A stretch of DNA of 64,000 bases from IMG/VR virus record IMGVR_UViG_3300002925_000017, one strand, 5' to 3'. The position numbers were made by a program, and so were the translations under genes. The notes under the pieces are model-generated. The model had not been told where the DNA came from. It did not search any database and was given only the letters and a program-made list of their open reading frames with translations. Below are positions 30,583 through 40,500 of this stretch, piece by piece. Source of the stretch: a virus. The number at the start of each line of letters is the position of its first letter. Position 1 is the first letter of the stretch.

Positions 30583-30797
30583 ATCCTGAAAAATCTGCTA
30601 TCGCAACAGCAGCTATTTTAGCAATAAGATATCACGAACAATTAACTCCTGAACAAAAAAAGACATAGAAACTTATTTACCCTCAACGTGGAATAACAGG
30701 AGCAATTATTCTGATAGAGTTAAGTTAAATAGTCGATACTTAAAAATTAAAGAATTAGATTAATATAAACTGTAAACTTACATAAAAATAATTAACT

Positions 30798-31430
30798 ATG
30801 AAACAAGTTGAAGTAGAAGGTGGTGAATTAGCCATAAAAAATAGTTTTGGTGATATAGCTATTATTCCTAAAAAGTATAGAGCAGAGATTGAAAGAATGA
30901 TTAAAGATAAATGCTGGAGTTGTATTGACACTTTTGTTGATACCTTACCACTCGCATCTGATTATGCTCAAGGTGGAAGTGTATATTCGCCTAATACTAA
31001 AGTACAAGTTTATACGGGAGACCCGAAGTATGATGTTAAATCTTTAGCTCCAAGAGTAGGAGCAAGAAAAAACGACGATGGTACAGAATCAACGCATTTA
31101 ATGACTTATACCAGTGTTGGTAATAAATATTATGCTTATCCTACTTTATTTCAAAATAAAGACGGTAATTGGTTAGAATTATCAGATAAAAATAATTGGG
31201 AAGCATTTGAGGAAGCTAAAAAAAGAAAAGAGATTTTTGAATTTGATGATGAAAAATCAGCTAAAGATTTTGCAGAAGGGTCTTGGAAGAAGAACTATAA
31301 AGAATATTATACAAGTTCCCCTGAATATAGAAAATTATATAATTCAGGTAAATTAACATTTTATGATAAAGACACAGATACCTATATTGCTACACCATTA
31401 AAAGAAATAATTGTAACAACAACACAATAG
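30798..31430 (+). CDS. virion-cargo-like protein, 210 aa, possibly truncated
   Basis: EVEGGE and DYAQGG motifs shared with other cargo-like proteins in this window. Confidence 0.6.
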   Translation: MKQVEVEGGELAIKNSFGDIAIIPKKYRAEIERMIKDKCWSCIDTFVDTLPLASDYAQGGSVYSPNTKVQVYTGDPKYDVKSLAPRVGARKNDDGTESTHLMTYTSVGNKYYAYPTLFQNKDGNWLELSDKNNWEAFEEAKKRKEIFEFDDEKSAKDFAEGSWKKNYKEYYTSSPEYRKLYNSGKLTFYDKDTDTYIATPLKEIIVTTTQ

Positions 31431-31533
31431 TCAAAAGATAAAAATTAAATTATTTGAACATTTTAATAAAATGACTTTAGGATTAGTTCCTTCTTACTTA
31501 TATGTTAAACGACAAAATAAAAACAAATAAACA

Positions 31534-34500
31534 ATGAGCTGTAAACCTACATATAAAGGAAAAAGATATAATTCTATCGAAGAATTAAAGTCTAAAAATG
31601 GAGTAATATCAGTAGATATGACTCTAAATGATTTAGCTAATATTCTATCTTATAGAAATTCTAACATTATTCTTCCAGGTTTTAAAAAATTAGTTGTTAC
31701 TAATAACGGTAATGAAACACAATTTAATAAATTAAGTGAAGAACAAATAAATGATGGAATAAATCAACCTGAACAAGAACAAGTAAAGAAATTTGCTGAA
31801 CTCCAAGAAATCTTATCTAATAAAGACTTTTTAGAAGGCGCTAAAAAAGTTTATGAATCTACACCTGATTTACAAAAATATGGTACTCAAGAAGAATACA
31901 ATGACTATGTAGCGAGAATTATTTTAGGAATTATTAAAAATCCTACAAGTGGTGATTATAATTATAATAGTAAAGTAAAAGATATTGTTTATCATGGTAC
32001 TATATACGAATTTGATAAATTTAACAGAGGTATAAATGGTATTCATTTTACAAAAGATAGAAAAATAGCAGAAACTAAGTTTGGTTTACCTAATCAACAA
32101 TTAATAAATGCAATACCAGAATTACAAGAAAAATATAAAGGTAAAAACTCAAGAGTAATAAGTGCTATTTTAAATGCTAATAAAATTGATAGACAAGAAG
32201 ATAAATTTGTATTTAAAGGAGATAGAGATTTTGAAATAGAAAGTAAAAGATTTAGAGAGTTAAATAAAGAATATGATGCTATTGAATATACAAATAAATT
32301 TGAGGGAGGTGAAAAAGATAGTATTTTAGTATTTGAACCAGAACAAATACACATATTAGGAGGTAAAGAAGATATAGAAGGATTTAAACAATGGAATATT
32401 GATAGACAAGTATTAGGTGTTCGGAAAGAATTACAGGATACTAAAGAAACTTTTTTAAAAGATACTTTAATTGAAGAATTATCATCTAAAATATCTTTAG
32501 GAAATTCTAATTCTATTAGTTTAACATTACAAAATTCAATAAAGCTTGAAATACCAATAGAAACAGAATTTGTTTTAAATTCTGAACAAGAAAAAGCATT
32601 TAAAGAAATTAGTGAATTTATAAAGAAACCTATTTCTAGTACTTATAAAATTCCTAGCAAAACAAGAAAAGGAGAATTTGATATAAATCCAGAGAATTGC
32701 TGGTTATTAAGTGGCGCCGGTGGAACAGGTAAAACTTTTCTTATAGGAAAGATTATAAAAGAATCTAATAAAAATTTTCATTTTGCTACACCTTCTCATA
32801 ATGCTAAAAGAGAACTTATGAACTCTTTAGTAGATTCTAATTTTTATATTAATGTTGATACTTTACAATCTATATTAGGTATTAGTACTACAAATGGTAA
32901 AGATTTCTTTTTAGAAAGTAGAGAAAGTGAAAGAGGTAGAAGAGTATTTCCTATTGATAATATACAATATCTTGTTATAGATGAGGCTTCTATGGTAGGT
33001 GGAGATTTATATGAAGCAATGTTAAAAAGATTTGAAGAAATAGGGAGGTCACCAAAAATTATCTTTTTAGGAGATTATGCACAAATTCCACCACCAAGTC
33101 AAAAAGATAAAACAAGAGATAGTGAAGTTATTGATTTGTTATATCATCAAAATAAAGATAGAGTTAGTTTACTAACAATTAACATGAGAGCTAAATATAA
33201 AGATTTAGCAGATAAAAATTTACAATTAAGAAGTTTTATAGATAGAATAAATGATATTTTAATATATAATAAAAAAAGTCAAAATACTATTAAAAATGTT
33301 TTAGAAGATTTTAATAAATATATTAAAACTAAAAAATTAACTAAAAATACTTCTTTATTTAATAAAGAAAATTATGAAGATTTTTGGAGTAAATATGTCG
33401 AGCAATATAAAGAAATGTTATCAAATAATTTGAGTTTGAAACATTTAGTAATGGTTTCTTATAATAACCAAAAAACTAAACCCGAGCTTGTACAAATTGT
33501 TAGAAGTAAATTATTTGGTGACAATCAAAAAAATAAAATAAACGTAAATGAATTATTAGTTATTAATAATAATGAATTAAATGTACCTAATTCAGTAAAT
33601 CTTTATAAAGATGAAAGAATATTAGTTTTAAAAATAGAAGATTCTAAAAGTAATAAAATTTTTATTCCTATAAATAATAAAACGAGCAAAGGTATTATTC
33701 TAAATTTAAAACATAAAATATTAACGGTAAAAGCAGAAGATGGTGAAATTTATAAAATTATATATCCTGAAAAACCTTTAAATGAAATAATAAAAGATGT
33801 CAATTCTAATAATTTTAAAGATTTTGATATAAATTCTTTACCAAAAACAAAAAATGATTCTATAAACAAAAATCAAATAATATTTGAATTATCAAAAAAT
33901 ATATTAGAATTTGATTATGGGTATGTAGTTACATCTCATAGAGTACAAGATTCTACTTACGATAATGTTTATGTTTTAGAAGATAACATTTTGAATTCTA
34001 ATGCCTCTGAAAAAGAAAAATTACAATTACTTTATACTGCATATTCAAGAGCGAAAAAACATTTAAATATTTTAAATAAAGACCAAATAATACTACCTGA
34101 CAACGGAGAATATGATAATACAGAAATTATAAATAGTTATCAAAAACGTTTAAAACCTTTTTCTATTCCTAATATTAAAAATGAAGATGTTAAAGAAATA
34201 AAAGTTCCGTCAGAATTCTATTCTGAAATAAAAGAAATATTATATCGTCATTTTTTAAAACAAATTAAAAAAGAAAACCAAAAAGAAGTACTAATAACTT
34301 TAAATATTTTTGGTGATAATATTTATGAATTAACAAATAAATACAGTCAAAAATTATTAGATGATTTTTTATATAATTTATTAAAATCTATTACAGAGTC
34401 TCCTAATTTTAAAAATAAGATTAGTTTAATAAAAACAAGCGGAGAAACAGGAATAGAAGAAGCAGCAAATAAAGCATCAAATAGTTTAAAAATACCAAAT

Positions 34501-37500
34501 GTTACATTAACTACTAAAGATTGGAAATTTACCGTAGATATTGACACTTTTAATAAAAATTATAAAGATAGAGTTTCTTCTTATAAAATAGATGGTTCAG
34601 ATGTGTATATATTTGATGAAAAATATTTTAAAGAAAGGTTTAATGCTGATATTAAACAAGAAGAAACAACAAATGAAAACAACGAATTTTTTATTAGTTC
34701 TAAAAATTTAAATAATAAAATTATTGTACTTCTAAAAGATAAAATAGTACCTGATGCAATAATAGAAAATGATGAATTTTTTAGAAGAAATAAATATGGA
34801 ATTACTGATGAATTTTATATAGATAAAGATAATTTATATATAAACATAGATAAATTTAGAACAAGTAAATCTATAAAGAATTTAATACCATTGTTTGTAT
34901 ATTCTATAAAAAAAGATAATTCTGAATTTTATCAAGAATTATTAAAACCAATCAAAAGTTTACCTTTTTATCCTAAAGAATTTGATACTATAATATCTAA
35001 ATATTCTAATGTTCAAATAGATATTGAAGCAGAACTTTTAATAGATACTTTGTTCAATAAATATGATTTTTATCCTAAAGAATTAATACAAAAATTTGAA
35101 AATGCAGTAAAAGAAAAATTATCAAAATGGTTAGGTAATGATAATTTTTTCGAAGCAAAAAATAGTAATTTTGGTATAGATGAAAATTTGAGAAGTAAAT
35201 ATTTTTCTGAATCTGAAACAGTTAAATCTTCTGAAATTCTTAATAAAATTGCTAATAGTGCAAGTAAACATAGAAATTTAGCAAGAAAATTATTAGAACA
35301 TATAAATCAAAATGATGTAAATATAATATTACTTGGTGAAAAAAATTATGACATTGATTTTGCCGGATTATATAGTCATGGCACTAATGAAATATTTATT
35401 AACGAAAATGGATTATTTGGAGATATTGAATCTGAAGGAGTTATTATACATGAAATTATACATGCTTTAACTTTACATAAATTAAAAAATAATAAAAATG
35501 AATATTCTAAAGAATTTACAAGGATTTTTAATGAAATAAAAAACAGTGATTTAGAAGAAGTAAAAAAGTTAATAAAAGATTTTGAATATGAGACTTCTAA
35601 TGTTTTTGAATTTATAACTAATTTATTTACAAATAATGAGTTTCAAAATAGATTAAAACAATTACCAGACCTTAAAAATAAAGATAAGAGTATTTTTCAA
35701 AATATTATAGATTTTATAAATAGACTATTTGGATTTAAAGAGAATAATGAATTGTTTGATAACTTAAATAAATTGTCTTATAAAATACTTGATACAAAAG
35801 ACCCAAGAATTTTCGAAACAGGTGATAAATTAATAGATTTAAATGATATAGATGAAAAATCTGTTTATTATGTATTAAATAAAATAAGTACTTTAAATCA
35901 TCCTTTAAGTAAGTTAGCTGAAAAATTATTACCTTATTCTGAAAATTTAGGTGTCAATTTTTATTTAGTAGATGTTGTTGGAACTAAAAAGAAAAGAATT
36001 TTAGAAAAAAATCAAGAGATAAATTATAATTTAGGTTTTTATACATACGATAGTAATTTTAGAGATGAAATATATATTAATAAAAATAATATATATAAAA
36101 ATAAAGATTCTATACCTACATTAATGCATGAAGCAATTCACTCTTTAACTTATCATAATTTAAGAAAAAATTCTGAATATGTAGAAGAATTAAAGAGAAT
36201 TTATAATTATGTTAAAGCTAATACTAATGAAAACTTTTATGCTTTAAAAGATTTAGATGAATTCATGGTAGGTATTTTTACAGATAGTCGATTTATAAAT
36301 TATTTAAAAACTATTAAGCCTATAGAAATTAAAAAATATAATAATGTTTTTGAAGAATTAATAGATTTCTTTTTATCTATTTTTAAAATTGAAAAAGGAG
36401 AATCTATTTATGAACAAGCTTTTATCGTTGCATCAAATATTTTTGAAAATGAAGAAATTCCAATACCAAATGAAGAATTTTTTACTCAAGATTCAGATGA
36501 AAGAGATATTTACTATCAAATAAATATATTACAAGAAGAATTTTTTAATTTTTATAAAACTTTAAGTGAACAAAATACAGAAGATTATTTAATTAAATAT
36601 ATATATCCTTCAAATATTGATACAATATTAGAAGAATTAAATGCTGATGATAAAGTAAAACAAGAGTTAAAAGACTATTTTTTATCTAATAGAGAATTAA
36701 TTTATTCTGCACCTAATATTTATGAATTAGTTAATTCTTATATATCTAATAAAGAAGCATTTGAATATTCCTCTATAAGTAAAAAAGCAGATAAAGAGTT
36801 AGATTCTTTACTTTTAGATTATTTAAAACCATTAAATATAGAAGTTAGAGATTTAAACGAAATTAAATCGAAACTTAAAATAAATTCTTTAGGTGTTGCA
36901 GATATAATAAATAAATTAATTTATGTTGCGCAAGATAGAAATATTGATACATTACCTGAAGAAGTAGCACATTTTTACGTTGAGTTATTAGAAAAAAGAA
37001 ATAAAAAAGGAGAAGAGCGTAAATATTTATTATATAGAGATTTAATGTCAAAAATTAGTTCTTGGGAAAAATATGATACATATTATAAACAATATAGCAA
37101 AATATATTTAAATCCTGACGGAACTGTTGACGAAAATAAAGTTAAAAAAGAAATAGTAGGAAAAGCAATAGCTGAGGCTTTAGTAAGAAAATTTGAAACA
37201 AAAAATAAACAACTTAAATCTTTAGTTCAAAAATTAATAGATTATTTAAAATCAATATTTAAAAATAGACCTGTTTTTCCTATAAATCTATTAGTAGATG
37301 ACATTGCTGAAAAAATATTAAATAAAGATTATTCAGATATAAACAAAGATTTACTTAAAGGCGAGTTTTTAAAAGATTATTTTGATATATCAAATGATAT
37401 AAAAAGCCTTATAAAGAATTTTTCTTCTTTAGGTGCAATATTAACTGGGTCTTTACCATTGAGACTTTATGGTTCAATATATAGAACTAAAGAAGAAGAA

Positions 37501-40500
37501 TTTCATGATTTTGATTTTAAAATACCAAAAGATATTAATAAACAAGAAATAATAGAAAAAGTTAAACAATTATATCCTTCGTATGAATTGAAAACAGAGT
37601 TTGATTCTTCTAATAATTATAGTTTATTATTCACAATCGAACATAATGGTAAAAAATATGATATTGACTTTTTCTTCCAAAAAGATGATTTTAATATAGA
37701 ACCTAAATTTAAATATATGCATTGGTACGATACCTTTAAAGCTAAATTAGAAATGGGCAGAGCTAAAGACGTAAAAGATTTTATTAATTTTAAACCATAT
37801 GAAAGAATTTACGAAGATACTCCAACTTTACAAAAACCATCTGATTTTTATTATCAAATAGAACCAGATAAAAGAGCTAACATTTTAATACAAAATAATT
37901 TACCTACAGAAGGTTTAGTTTTACCTATAGGTATATCTGGTTCAGGAAAATCTACTTGGATAAATACTATTCCAAATAAAATAGTTGTATCTCCTGATGA
38001 AATAAGAAAAGAATTGACAGGAAATATATCTGACCAGTCTAGAAATAAAGAAGTATTTGAAATAGCAAAACAAAGAGCGGCTAATTATTTAAAACAAGGT
38101 AATCTGGTTGTATTTGATGCTACTAACGTAAACACTGTTTTAAGGAATAACTTAATTAAAGATATAGAAAGTTTATTAGGATATCAAGTTCCTCTTTTTT
38201 ATAAAATATTTGAATCAGACCCTGAAATATCTAAACAAAGAATTAAAAATGATATAATTTCTGGAAAAAATAGAGCGAACGTTCCAGACCATATAATTGA
38301 GATTCAATATCAACAATATTTAGATACATTAAATAATTTAAGTATCCCTCGTTTTCAACTTTTTAAAGAAGAAGAAAATAATACAGAAACATATAAAAAC
38401 GAAGCTCTTGAAAAAACAATAAGAGATATTGCCGCAAGAGCTTCTATTAGAATAGGAATACCTTTTGAAATAATAAATAATAAGAATTTTAAAACTAAAG
38501 GATATTTTAGTAATGGTAAAGCTACAATAAATATAGCTTATGCCACTTTAGATACTCCGATACATGAAATATTAGGTCATCCTATAATTTATTATTTAAG
38601 AAAAACTAATAGTAAACTTTATAATAATTTACTTAAAGAATTAGAATATGGTAAAGGAAAAGAAGTTTTAGAAAGTACTAGAAAATATTATTCAAATCAA
38701 CAATTAATTGACGAAGATGCAATTAAAGAGGAAGCTATCGTAGAATTATTAGGATTATATACTGCAAATAAAATAAAAGAATCAGAAAATAAAAGTTTAT
38801 TCTCTTATCTAAGAGAATTATTAAAAACTGTAAAATCTATCGTAAGAGAATTGTTAAATAAAAAAGAGATAAAAATTGATGAACTACCAGATAATTTAAC
38901 TATATCTGATTTATCAAAAATATTAGCTTATGGAAATAATACATTTATACTACCACAATTTGATGTAAAATATAGAACACCTGATAATAATTATTTTTTA
39001 ACTTATGCTGAAGCAAGTAAGCATATATCAGATTTATTTAATAAATCATTAAAAGAAGAAGATTTTAATCTTACATTAGAAGATTTATATAATTTTTCAG
39101 AGAAAGATAAAGAAAAACTTTTTGAATTAAGAAGAGAACAAGAATTAACAGTAAACGAAAAAAGAGAATTAAAAAGATTAGAAATATTATATCGTTTTTA
39201 TCCGTTTAAAAAAGAAATAGAAAATTTTATAGATTATAACCAGAAATACGAAATTAGTAATTTCTTTATACAAAAATGGAAAGAAATTGAAGGAATAATA
39301 TATAATCCAAACGAAGTTTATAAAAATAATATGAATTTTTATCATAAGATTGGGGCATATAGTTATTTTGACCCTTCTTTATTATTACAAAATTTATTAG
39401 TTCATATAGAAGACCATGAAAGAGAGGGCTTTGATTTTATAGTTAGTGCTTTTACTAGACGAAAGAACGAAAGAGCACAATTTGAATCTATACAAAATAA
39501 TGATATTAGGATTGTTATTTATCCTAAAAAAGAAGATATAGTGGCAGCATATAGAAAAGATATATGGTCAGGGACTGCATATTTAAGTAAGGCGGTATCT
39601 GAATATTTTACAAATAAAAGAATGGAACTTGTAGGAATAACTGCTACTAAAGCCGCAACATATCAATTTAATTCGTTTCCTGAATATAATTTATATGATA
39701 CTTTAAATTATGACGTCGAATATGATATTGATTTTGAATATGATAAATTGTATAATTATAATGAAATATTAATAAAATTAAAAGGTAACAATTTTAGACT
39801 TGAATATGATAGAGATGTAATTCCTACATTAAAAAATCTTATAGATAAAATAAACGCTATATTAGATAGTAAATATGGAAAAATAGAAATACCAAAAGTA
39901 AAAGCAACATACGTCGTAGAAGAACAAACAAGACCTAATAGATATTTTGAAATCGCTGGTCCTTTAAAAGATTATAATAATTTAGAAATTGATGGATATT
40001 TAGACTTAAAAGAATATTATAAAAAGAAGAATATTAAAAATATATTTTTAAATAAAAAAGATAATAAATATTTAATAATAGCAAATAAATTTGACGGTTC
40101 TGAAGAAATTTTAGAAGAACACGAAATAGAAAAAATAGCAGAGTTTAGATATAAATTATATACAGGACAAGAAAAACCAGATTTTACAAAAAAAGCTAAT
40201 GAAAATTTTAGACTTTCACAATTAAAAGAATTAAATAGAAAGTATTTAAGAAGTTTAATATATACAGAAATAATAAACAAAGAATATCCTATAGATTTAT
40301 ATAATGAAACATTTTTTCAACGTATAAAACCAAATTCTTCTATTTTAGACAAAAGAATAGATTATCTTATAGAAGAATTTGGTGATGAAAATTTAAAAGA
40401 ACAAATAAATAAAACTAAATTTTACAATGTTTATAAAGAAGATGATAAAGAAATCTTAAATTTAATTAAATCAGGAAGAATAACACAAATTTGTCAAGTT

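Larger units (their letters stand above)
25438..30763 (+). pseudogene. interrupted large virion-cargo-type gene (~1770 codons): EIQSD domain, zincin HEYAH, degenerate zincin, L,D-transpeptidase-like and lysozyme-like domains
   Basis: ORFs 25438-29118, 29185-29466 and 29566-30582 are all in one frame, separated only by single TAA codons (29116, 29464); protein-like sense continues after frameshifts near 30545 and 30660 to TAA at 30761-30763. Confidence 0.75.
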
